A DNA stretch of 39,891 nucleotides from Bacteriovoracaceae bacterium (lineage in GTDB: Bacteria; Bdellovibrionota; Bacteriovoracia; Bacteriovoracales; Bacteriovoracaceae): contig JBMYPC010000009.1 of NCBI GenBank assembly GCA_049599895.1, forward strand, positions 1-39,891, read 5' to 3'. Positions 8,840 through 17,125 of the stretch are shown piece after piece; position 1 is the first letter of the stretch; each line of letters starts with the position of its first letter. Under the pieces are notes generated by a model. That model had not been told where the DNA came from. It was given only the letters and a program-made list of their open reading frames with translations, and made no database searches. Position numbers and translations under genes: made by a program.

Positions 8840-10183
8840 CTAAGAAATAAGTTCACTTATAAAAAGAAGTCTCTCTTGCTTTTCACCAGAAAAGTCTAGT
8901 TCCTGCTTGTCTTCTTCTTTGTCTTTTCTGGCAGTTAGACTAGAATAATCTTTTTGAAGACGTGAAGCAAGCTCAGATCTCTCCTCAATGACCTCAATCA
9001 GATGAGGGTATCGTTCAAGAATATAGTCATACTCGGTTGATCTATGGGTGAGTGGCCCACAGAAGACCTTTATCCCTGAAACAAAGGGCTCTAAGAGACT
9101 GTGAACTGAGCGTTCAAAACCGCCTCCGACATAGCCAAAGTCGCCGTAGCTGTAGAGTTCACAAAGAACACCCTTTGCTGTTAGCAAAATCACATTGATA
9201 TCAAGAGGCATATTTTCAAGATCATCATCACTGTCGACTTTGTGATAATCAATTTTCTTTTCTTTCAAAGACCGCTCAAAGTCTGCAATATTTTTCTCGG
9301 ATAAGCTATGAGGTGCAAGAATGTTAAGACCCCTACTTTCTGCTTGAGCGAGGACTTCTTTTAGAGACTCAATATCATCCACATAACATGAGCCAAACAC
9401 AGACTTAATTTTTTCAGAGCTTTCAAGAAAGGCAATAAACTGAGTAAGCTTTCGCGCTTCAAAAGTTTTTTGCCGCATTTCAAGTCTTTTCATAATTTGC
9501 GTGACTCGAAACTCGCAAACAATACATTTCCTTTCGATCCCGATCTCTCTAAAAAGTTTCCTTTGTCTTAAAAGTGGCGTTACCAGAGCATCAAAACAAT
9601 TATAGAAGTCTCTCCAAAGAGCCTTTGAAAAGACTGTGCCAAGTTTCCCTTTAAGACTGGCCCAAACCAGATAAACCTTTCTTTTAGGGTTTCTCATTGA
9701 AGCATAAATGAGATTTGGAAAAAAATCATAGCGGACAAAAACAAACTTTGAGGCCGTCACCCAAAAACCTAAATTCTCAGGTCCTTCCTTTATTAACTTT
9801 ATCTTTAATATTGGAAGCCGGATAATTCTTAAGTTTTGAGCTGAAAAACGGGTCTTGAGTTTCTCAATGTTTGACTCAAGGCTTGGGGAACAGTAGATGA
9901 TCTCAACATGTTTTTGATTATTTAAAAGGTCTTCAATAATCCCAGCAACCTGTTGATACTCCCCTTCACTTGAGACCTCAAAACAAACATCAGCCTCTAT
10001 ACCACTCGTTCGGAAACTAATTCCATAAAGGTCAGACTCATTGAGTTCTTCAAATTCCACTCTCTCCTTTATAGTCTTTAATAAAGAAGGAAAGATTTTA
10101 ACTGCGATAAGGATGCCAATCGTTATAACTCTTTGAATTAATAAGATTAAGAAGGCAATGATCACGATTATTTGCTTTTTCAC
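8840..10183 (-). CDS. kdtA: 3-deoxy-D-manno-octulosonic acid (Kdo) transferase
   Basis: N-terminal anchor; VSSEGE (cf. ASVGE), RYDFFPNL, LAPH and ELYSYGDFGYVGGGFERSVHSLLEP match WaaA/KdtA signatures in divergent form. Confidence 0.8.
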   Translation of the reverse strand: MKKQIIVIIAFLILLIQRVITIGILIAVKIFPSLLKTIKERVEFEELNESDLYGISFRTSGIEADVCFEVSSEGEYQQVAGIIEDLLNNQKHVEIIYCSPSLESNIEKLKTRFSAQNLRIIRLPILKIKLIKEGPENLGFWVTASKFVFVRYDFFPNLIYASMRNPKRKVYLVWASLKGKLGTVFSKALWRDFYNCFDALVTPLLRQRKLFREIGIERKCIVCEFRVTQIMKRLEMRQKTFEARKLTQFIAFLESSEKIKSVFGSCYVDDIESLKEVLAQAESRGLNILAPHSLSEKNIADFERSLKEKKIDYHKVDSDDDLENMPLDINVILLTAKGVLCELYSYGDFGYVGGGFERSVHSLLEPFVSGIKVFCGPLTHRSTEYDYILERYPHLIEVIEERSELASRLQKDYSSLTARKDKEEDKQELDFSGEKQERLLFISELIS

Positions 10184-10459
10184 ATCTCAATCTTACTGTT
10201 GGGCACTGCTGCTGTCATTCTCAAGTTGCTGGTCCCAGCTTGGCACTGCCGCTAAACGGGTAAAACCTCATTGATGAACAGCTTTTCGAGACAAGTTACC
10301 AACTTTAGGTGTCAGAAAATTACATTTTCTTACAAAGTATGTAATTGTAACTAATAGGTTAGAAATTTGCTTGTCTAAGATTAATTAACTCAGGCATGCT
10401 GCTATGACATTTTTAAAGTCTATTTAATAAGTGCAAGCGATAAGAAGAAGGAGATCAAA

Positions 10460-11359
10460 ATGAGAGGGATTGTCTCAAAAATGCTATCGAAAAGCGGTGT
10501 ACTGACATTAGTTTTACTAACTGGGACAGTCATAACGGCTGGTGAAGTTAGCGCTCAAGTTGAAGACAGAGATGTTGAAACAGAATCAACTTGGTCTCCA
10601 AAAGATCGTTGGAAAAGATTTAATAAAAAGTATGACCTTATGTTTGTTAATGAAATGGCAACAAACACGTACGTAAGTGGAAACGACAGACTTTTCTACA
10701 ACGATACACTTGGTTATTTCACATACCACTCTTCTGATAAGAACAGCTGGCGTGTTGCTGTAGAGTATTGGCAAGAAAACTCAAGACTTGAAGACCCAGA
10801 AAGAGAAACTGAAAGACGATACGAAACTTCTGAGCTTCGTTATAAAAGATCAAAGATTCTTACTCAAAAAGACCATGGAATCAACGTTTCAGCTGAACTT
10901 CGTGCTCTTCACTATAGTAATGAAATTGAAGCCGCTATTGATGTTCGCCAAGCATACAACGCAAGAATTAATGCAAGCCGTTCATTTGGAGCTTTCTCAT
11001 TAGCAGCAACAGCTCGTTATGATGTCTTTGATAGAACAAGCCTTAAGCCAACTGTTCGTAAAGATCAGCACAGAGCTTATTTAAGCACGAGTTACTCAAT
11101 TAACGATGAGTGGAGTGTAAGCAACCTTATTTTCTACAACAGAACTTTTAACGACAAACCAAGTGGAGAAAACACACTGTCTGAATTTGCACGTGTTTAT
11201 CCAACAGTTTCCAAGAGCCTTGGTAAAGGTCTTTCTGCAGACGTATACTACATGATGACTCCATATGTTCGTAAAGCTGGAAAAGACAAAATGGAATACG
11301 TCGACGGATTTACTAAAAAAGGACGTATCGCATTTTCTCTGACTTACGTGGTATTCTAA
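10460..11359 (+). CDS. Exported outer-membrane beta-barrel protein, function unknown
   Basis: AGGAG RBS; signal peptide ending VSA; many aromatic-rich amphipathic strands; C-terminal FSLTYVVF; has its own terminator. Confidence 0.75.
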   Translation: MRGIVSKMLSKSGVLTLVLLTGTVITAGEVSAQVEDRDVETESTWSPKDRWKRFNKKYDLMFVNEMATNTYVSGNDRLFYNDTLGYFTYHSSDKNSWRVAVEYWQENSRLEDPERETERRYETSELRYKRSKILTQKDHGINVSAELRALHYSNEIEAAIDVRQAYNARINASRSFGAFSLAATARYDVFDRTSLKPTVRKDQHRAYLSTSYSINDEWSVSNLIFYNRTFNDKPSGENTLSEFARVYPTVSKSLGKGLSADVYYMMTPYVRKAGKDKMEYVDGFTKKGRIAFSLTYVVF

Positions 11360-11393
11360 TTCTCTAAATGACAAAATTCGAAAGATAACTTGT

Positions 11394-11422
11394 AGGCCCC
11401 CGTTTTTACGGGGGCTTTTTTT
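11394..11422 (+). terminator. Intrinsic terminator
   Basis: Hairpin AGGCCCCCGT-TTTT-ACGGGGGCTT followed by a T tract, 35 nt after the stop at 11359. Confidence 0.9.
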
Positions 11423-11440
11423 GCCCATTTTTCAGAAAGT

Positions 11441-11468
11441 TTAAGTTTCAGACTAATTCTTCCGATTA
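11441..11468 (+). promoter_or_regulatory. Putative sigma-28 (FliA)-type promoter
   Basis: TTAAGTTT...TCCGATTA, i.e. TAAG-N15-TCCGATTA versus consensus TAAA-N15/16-GCCGATAA; 36 nt upstream of ATG 11505. Confidence 0.55.
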
Positions 11469-11504
11469 AACTCTAGTGAAACCAATGAGTTCCAAAGGAA
11501 GACC

Positions 11505-12752
11505 ATGAGCCCAAAAGATCGACACGAGGCACATCATCCTCTAAGACTGGTTCTTGATGAGGAAAAAATCCAAAGCTCTTCAATTGAGAAGGCCGAACTC
11601 ATCGATGTTTATTACGGTGACGAGTCTTACGGTCCTATTTGGGCAAAACACTTTAAGGCCCACATTGACGTTTTCCCCGATCTCAAAAAACAAATCAAAA
11701 TTAAAGATCATAATTCAAAAAATGAATGGCAGCAGATATTTGATCATCATCTCTTTCAAAGAAGAGGTGCTCCAGAGCTTCCTGATGTTCCAGACGCTGA
11801 AGTTGGACAGATTTTCTTTCTTCTTAAAAATGGACACAAAGTTGGACCCCTTACATCTGATGTCGTCGAGAAAAAACTAAAAAACCTTGAAGTCCTTATG
11901 ACTGACCCTATCAGCACAGATATGGGAAAATCATGGGCAAAAGTTTATCAAATTAAACAATTTGATCGAAGATTCTCAGAGGTTTCGACCCAGTCCGATA
12001 TTGCAAAGAAATATGAAGATATCCAAGAAGGGCTTACCGGAGCGCAGATATTAAGCACTCTTTCAAAAGAATCGGAAATACCTCTGTCCCCTGTTCCAAC
12101 TCAAGCTGAAGACTCAGAAGAAGAAAGCCCAACAATAGAAGAACATTTTGATGCAAACGATTCTCAAAGCTTTGATTGGAAGCAGACAAAATGGTTTGCT
12201 CTCTTTGTTGTCGCCTTTATCGGGATTATTACAGTTCTTAGTGTTTGGGATACACCTACAAACCAATCAAAAAGATCACCCGCAAGTGTTAACAAGTCTG
12301 TAAAAAAAAAGTCAGTCAAAAAATACACTCCCAAAACCAGAAAAGTTCAAAAACAGGCCAAAACTCAAAAAAGAAATCAGCCTAAAGTTCAAAACAAAAG
12401 ACGAGCGAGAGCAAGAACTCAAAAGCCAGTTGAAAAATCCAGGGCCTTTAGAAGTTTAAACAAAGAAAGAAATGGAAGAAGATCTCCAGCATCTTATGAT
12501 GAAGATGATGGCCACGACGACAGCGATCCCTACGAGCAAGATGAAGTGAGAGATCAAGTTTCGAAAGAGACAATGGATCCCTACGAAAGAGAAGAAGAGT
12601 TTGAAAGACAAAGACGGCGAGATGAACGTCGGGACCTTGATAGTGGGCCTCGAGCAGAAAGCGATGACCCAGACAGTCATGAAAATGATGATGAAAGCCT
12701 TGGGAACCCTGAAGGTGATGTCTATTATTCCCCCACTCCTAAGAAAAAATAG
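11505..12752 (+). CDS. Bitopic membrane protein with two GYF_2 (DUF4339)-like domains and a low-complexity basic/acidic C-terminus
   Basis: YYGDESYGP...W and FFLLKNGHKVGPL...TDPI...SW repeats; TM WFALFVVAFIGIITVLSVW; K/R-rich then D/E-rich tail; AAGGA RBS. Confidence 0.7.
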   Translation: MSPKDRHEAHHPLRLVLDEEKIQSSSIEKAELIDVYYGDESYGPIWAKHFKAHIDVFPDLKKQIKIKDHNSKNEWQQIFDHHLFQRRGAPELPDVPDAEVGQIFFLLKNGHKVGPLTSDVVEKKLKNLEVLMTDPISTDMGKSWAKVYQIKQFDRRFSEVSTQSDIAKKYEDIQEGLTGAQILSTLSKESEIPLSPVPTQAEDSEEESPTIEEHFDANDSQSFDWKQTKWFALFVVAFIGIITVLSVWDTPTNQSKRSPASVNKSVKKKSVKKYTPKTRKVQKQAKTQKRNQPKVQNKRRARARTQKPVEKSRAFRSLNKERNGRRSPASYDEDDGHDDSDPYEQDEVRDQVSKETMDPYEREEEFERQRRRDERRDLDSGPRAESDDPDSHENDDESLGNPEGDVYYSPTPKKK

Positions 12753-12819
12753 TTCCTCCTAAGTTTTTATTTAAAAGATCAAATGGCCATCACTTAAATG
12801 ACCGTGATAGATTTATGTC

Positions 12820-13524
12820 ATGGAAAATACAACACAAAACAGCACAAATGATCTTAGTCATCTTTGCCAGGAGTTTCGTTCTCCAGCATTTCCCGGCTCA
12901 TATTTTTTAAGTTTTGAAGGAATAGAAGGGGCCGGTAAATCGACCCAAATTGCAAAACTAAGTCTTTATCTCGAAGAAAAGGGATACCGAGTTCTTACTT
13001 TAAGAGAACCAGGAGGAACTTCATTTGGAGAGAGGCTTCGCTCAGCGATCCTTAACTCAAGCAATGAGATTCACCCTCTTGCTGAGGCCCATCTTTTTGC
13101 CAGTTCAAGAGCACAGCTTCTTCATGAAGTTTGCCTCAAAGAACTTGAGAAACCTGGAACCATCATTATTTATGATCGCTATTTAGATTCAAGTCTTGCC
13201 TATCAAGGTCATGCTAGAGGCTTAGGCCTTGATTCAGTTCTAAGAATGCACTTAAGCTTTCCTCTACACCTTGTGCCCCATCTCACATTCTACTTAAGAA
13301 TTCCACTTGAGACATCTATACAGAGACAGGCCCTGCGAAATCTTCCTAAAGATTACTTTGAGTCGCGAAATGAGGATTTTCATCGAAAACTCATTGAGGG
13401 CTATGACCAAGTTGCCGAACTATTCCCAAGCCGAATAAAGCAAATTCAGGCCAATGTTGGTGAAGACCAGGTTTATGAAAGTATCGTCGAAGCCGTCGAT
13501 AATCTTATTAGTGCAAAAGATTAG
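12820..13524 (+). CDS. tmk: Thymidylate (dTMP) kinase
   Basis: FEGIEGAGKSTQ P-loop, REPGGT, DRYLDSSLAYQG. Confidence 0.96.
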   Translation: MENTTQNSTNDLSHLCQEFRSPAFPGSYFLSFEGIEGAGKSTQIAKLSLYLEEKGYRVLTLREPGGTSFGERLRSAILNSSNEIHPLAEAHLFASSRAQLLHEVCLKELEKPGTIIIYDRYLDSSLAYQGHARGLGLDSVLRMHLSFPLHLVPHLTFYLRIPLETSIQRQALRNLPKDYFESRNEDFHRKLIEGYDQVAELFPSRIKQIQANVGEDQVYESIVEAVDNLISAKD

Positions 13525-13540
13525 TCCAAGGCCTTAAGAA

Positions 13541-14392
13541 GTGGAATCAATCCATGCAGACAGACTTATTGAAAGCTATAAGCAGGACAAGCTAGGACAC
13601 TTCTATATTCTTAATGTTTATCAAACCTCAAAAGCCCCCGAGCAAATCCAAAGCTTCATTGAGACCCTTTATCAAAGCATTACAAATCGCGAGACTTCGT
13701 TCACTCAATTCTTTGACGACAATAAAGAGGAAAACCAAGAACTCTTTCATTCAGACTTCACCTTTTTCAATACTCAAGACAAAACTTATAGTGTTGAGAG
13801 TGATGAGATTATCGACTTTTTTCGAACACTTGAGTTTAGACCCCAGGAGCTTAAAAAGAGATTCTTTATTTTTATTGATGCCCACAAACTTAGTGATTCT
13901 ATACTCAATAAAATGCTTAAATCCTTGGAAGAGCCACCTAGCTGGTGCTGCTTTCTCTTCTTTTCTTCATCTGAATCAGGATTTTTGCAGACGATTGAAA
14001 GTCGTGCAGTAAAACTTCAACTTCCAAGACCTAAAATGTTTGAGGCCACTCAAACACAGGGCTTTGATCATTGGTATGGGCAAAACATTAACTATTACGC
14101 CCAAAACATCTCACCAGAACTTATCGATGACCTTAAAACGAGTATTACGCGGGCGCTAAAAAATGATCCTTGGAAACTTTTTGAGCTTTTTAAGTCCAAT
14201 AAGCAAATGGAAGGACTCTTTTTCAAACTCTTTCTCGAATTTGTGAACTTTAAGCCTCTAGAAAAGCATGACAAACTTAAAATCGATCAAACAGTGAGAA
14301 ACTATGAGCGGGCGGTCAAGTTTCATCACAGTGTTCAAGGGAGAGTTTCCCTACTTATCACAACCATGCAGCGCGCCATATACGCAAAATAG
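13541..14392 (+). CDS. holB: DNA polymerase III delta' subunit (divergent)
   Basis: IDAHKL...NKMLKSLEEPP...LQTIESR clamp-loader motifs; conserved tmk-holB-PSP1 gene order. Confidence 0.78.
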   Translation: MESIHADRLIESYKQDKLGHFYILNVYQTSKAPEQIQSFIETLYQSITNRETSFTQFFDDNKEENQELFHSDFTFFNTQDKTYSVESDEIIDFFRTLEFRPQELKKRFFIFIDAHKLSDSILNKMLKSLEEPPSWCCFLFFSSSESGFLQTIESRAVKLQLPRPKMFEATQTQGFDHWYGQNINYYAQNISPELIDDLKTSITRALKNDPWKLFELFKSNKQMEGLFFKLFLEFVNFKPLEKHDKLKIDQTVRNYERAVKFHHSVQGRVSLLITTMQRAIYAK

Positions 14393-14408
14393 CCCCATTC
14401 CTCTTACA

Positions 14409-14437
14409 TAGACAAGATATTGGAATAAGGGCATAAT
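14409..14437 (+). promoter_or_regulatory. Putative sigma-70 promoter for the PSP1 gene
   Basis: TAGACA (14409-14414), 17 nt spacer, CATAAT (14432-14437); 5/6 match in both boxes. Confidence 0.55.
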
Positions 14438-14474
14438 TTGAATTTGCGAATTCAATTTAAGGCAACGAATAATA

Positions 14475-15803
14475 ATGAACGATACAAATACTTCCGCTCA
14501 GGCAACCCCCGCGGAAGATGAACATAATAACTCCGAAAATAGCCGAACGATCACCCATGAAGATGGGACTGTTGAGGCAAAACCTGAACCCCAAGAGCAC
14601 CAAGAGCACCAAGAAAAAAATAAGCGCTTCAACGAAGGTGATCCTCTAACATTTGTCAGAGTTCGCTTTCCAGGCAACGCCAAATCCTTTCCCTTTCTTC
14701 TCGGAAAGAAAAACTTTCGCTACGGACAAAAAGTCGTGGCCATGAGTGATAGAGGAATGGCAGTTGGCTATATCAACTCATTTCCCTATGAAAAAGCTTA
14801 TCAAGAAAATATGGGGCAGCTAAAGACGATTGCGAAAATTGCCACCCAAGAAGATCTCGACCTTGAAAGTGAACTCATTGAAAAAGAAAGAAAGGCCGAG
14901 GTTCTTTGCAATAAACTTATCGATGATCATAAACTCAATATGAACATTACTCATGTTCAGTATATCCAATATGGAAAAAAGGCGGTCTTTTATTTTACAG
15001 CCCCTGAAAGAGTCGACTTTCGAAACCTTGTTAAAGACCTTGTGAAAGATCTGAAAATGAGAATCGAACTCAGACAGATTTCAGTAAGAGACAGATCAGC
15101 AGCTCTTGGGGCCGTTGGGGCATGTGGGCTGCAAACTTGTTGCTCCTCATTTCTTGGTCGTTATGGGCATGTCAGCATGAAACTGGCCAAGAACCAAAAT
15201 CTCGCCTTAATTCCAAGTAAGATCAATGGTGTTTGTGGGCAACTTAAGTGCTGTATCAAATATGAAGATGACGTTTATTCTGAAAAAAGAAAGAAGCTTC
15301 CAGGTGAAGGGAAAATCGTGAAACTTGCCAATGGCGATATTGGTAAGGTTTATCGACTTCATCTTTTAATTGAACAATTTGAAATGCTGACTGATCGAGG
15401 AGTTCGAAAGCGTTACGCAAAAAATCAATTTGTTGATGGAGTCAGACTTCCTAAAGATTATAAATACCCGCAAAAGTTTGACCATGTTACTGACGAAACA
15501 TCTACGGTTATTGGCTTGAGTGATGAAGATCAGAAACTTGCAAAAAAGTTTGCTCAGTATCACAACAATCAAGATATTGATAACGACCAGGATGAAGAGG
15601 TTATCGAAACAGACTATGATGATGCTTCAGCTGAAGAAGTCAAGGCCAAAGATGAGCGACCTCCTTCCAAGGAAACTCCCAAAAAAGATCAAAAATCTCA
15701 ACCTCGTTCAAAAGATGATTCGAAAAAAAGAAATAATAATCGTCGCAACAGAAATCGAAACAGAAACAAAAAGTCTGCAAAACCAAAACAGACTAAAGAC
15801 TAA
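14475..15803 (+). CDS. ricT: PSP1-domain Fe-S protein (RicT/YaaT family)
   Basis: FYFTAPERVDFRNLVKDL, RIELRQI, GACGLQTCC, MKLAKNQNL, KINGVCGQLKCCIKYE; disordered termini. Confidence 0.88.
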   Translation: MNDTNTSAQATPAEDEHNNSENSRTITHEDGTVEAKPEPQEHQEHQEKNKRFNEGDPLTFVRVRFPGNAKSFPFLLGKKNFRYGQKVVAMSDRGMAVGYINSFPYEKAYQENMGQLKTIAKIATQEDLDLESELIEKERKAEVLCNKLIDDHKLNMNITHVQYIQYGKKAVFYFTAPERVDFRNLVKDLVKDLKMRIELRQISVRDRSAALGAVGACGLQTCCSSFLGRYGHVSMKLAKNQNLALIPSKINGVCGQLKCCIKYEDDVYSEKRKKLPGEGKIVKLANGDIGKVYRLHLLIEQFEMLTDRGVRKRYAKNQFVDGVRLPKDYKYPQKFDHVTDETSTVIGLSDEDQKLAKKFAQYHNNQDIDNDQDEEVIETDYDDASAEEVKAKDERPPSKETPKKDQKSQPRSKDDSKKRNNNRRNRNRNRNKKSAKPKQTKD

Positions 15804-17125
15804 TCCTCATTTGAAATTTGAGAAAGATCTCCTGGAAGTTGTTTTTTAGCATTGGCGCCAAGTTTCTTAAGCTTTTCAAAACGGCTAATGATATTACCTC
15901 GTCCATCTTTTAACTTATTAAAGGCTTGAGCATAAGTTTCCTGAGATTTTGAAATGGAGTCTCCAATCTTTTGTAGGTCTTCTATAAAAAGAACCATTTT
16001 GTCATAGAGCTTCCCACTTTCATCGGCAATTTGAAGGACGTGCTTATTTTGTTTTTCTTGCTTCCAGATAGAGGCCACTGTTTTTAAAGTGGCAAGTAAT
16101 GTTGTTGGGCCAACAATCACAATCGATTTTTCCCATGACTTTTGAAACAGATCGGGGTCGAGTTGAAGGGCCAAAGAATAAGCTCCTTCAATTGGAAAAA
16201 ACATAAGAGTAAATTCAGGAGAGCTTAATTTCTCATTAAGATGATATTTTTTTCCTGAAAGGCCATCCAAATGAGATTTAACAGAGTTTAAAAACAACTT
16301 ACTTGCTTCACTTTGTTTCTCTCCATCAGTTTCAGACATTGAAGAAACAATCGCTTCGTAATGAATAAGTGAAACTTTTGAATCAATCACAATATGTTTT
16401 TCATCGGGAAGATTCACGATGATATCTGGCATTTGCCTTTTGCCAGATTCATCAACAAGTGAAAGATCCTTTCCTTGCTTGATGAACTCCTCTCCCTGTC
16501 TAAGACCTGAGCTTTCAAGAATTCTTTCAAGAACAATTTCTCCCCAATTCCCCTGAACTTTCACATCGCCTTTTAAGGCCTTAGTGAGGTTATTGGTCTC
16601 TTGACTCATTTTTTCGTTAATCTCAAACATATGCTTCATCACAGTTTTGAGCTCTGTTCGGTCTTTAATGTCTGAGCTATGAGTCTCTTCCACTTTCTTT
16701 TGAAACTCAACAATTCTTTCTTTTAAAGGATTTAATATTTCAGAAATCTGCGATGAGGACTCTTTTTTAAAGTTCTGGCTTTTTTGTTCGAAAATCTTAT
16801 TGGCCAGATTCTCAAATTGAGTCGTTAATTTAGAGTTGAGTTCTTCAATCTCTTTAAGCTTCTGTTCAGCAAGTTCTTCTTTTTCTTTTTGCAGTTGTTC
16901 AAGCCTTACTTCCTGTCGAGAAATAATTTTCTCTTTTTCAAGATTTGTTTCTTGAAGAGTTTTAATACGCTCTTCTTTTTCTTGTTGCTCTTGACTCCAG
17001 TTCTTTTGACTCTCTTTTAAAATTTCAAGTTCTTTTGATGCACCTGAGCCTTTAACAATTTTGATAACGAGTGCACCTAAACTGATAAGAAAAAGAGTGA
17101 GAAATAATAAACTTGTCCCCTCCAT
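15800..17125 (-). CDS. rmuC: DNA recombination protein RmuC
   Basis: N-terminal TM and coiled coil; ALKGDVKVQGNWGEIVLERILESSGL, PDIIVNLP...IVIDSKVSL, PTTLLATLKTV. Confidence 0.93.
   Translation of the reverse strand: MEGTSLLFLTLFLISLGALVIKIVKGSGASKELEILKESQKNWSQEQQEKEERIKTLQETNLEKEKIISRQEVRLEQLQKEKEELAEQKLKEIEELNSKLTTQFENLANKIFEQKSQNFKKESSSQISEILNPLKERIVEFQKKVEETHSSDIKDRTELKTVMKHMFEINEKMSQETNNLTKALKGDVKVQGNWGEIVLERILESSGLRQGEEFIKQGKDLSLVDESGKRQMPDIIVNLPDEKHIVIDSKVSLIHYEAIVSSMSETDGEKQSEASKLFLNSVKSHLDGLSGKKYHLNEKLSSPEFTLMFFPIEGAYSLALQLDPDLFQKSWEKSIVIVGPTTLLATLKTVASIWKQEKQNKHVLQIADESGKLYDKMVLFIEDLQKIGDSISKSQETYAQAFNKLKDGRGNIISRFEKLKKLGANAKKQLPGDLSQISNED

Noticed and set aside
10180..10218. 12-codon upstream ORF (MTAAVPNSKIEM) whose TGA overlaps the kdtA GTG
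   Set aside because: Too short, with no distinctive codons or clear RBS; cannot be supported.
10201..10260. TGGCAC/GGGCAC as sigma-54 -24 boxes
   Set aside because: No TTGC-like -12 element at the required spacing.
14592..14615. CAAGAGCAC tandem repeat (QEHQEHQE)
   Set aside because: Small in-frame duplication in a disordered N-terminus; no phase-variation potential.
15800..17125. RmuC nuclease-like fold as a defence system
   Set aside because: Ordinary housekeeping context directly after asnS, with no defence-associated neighbours.
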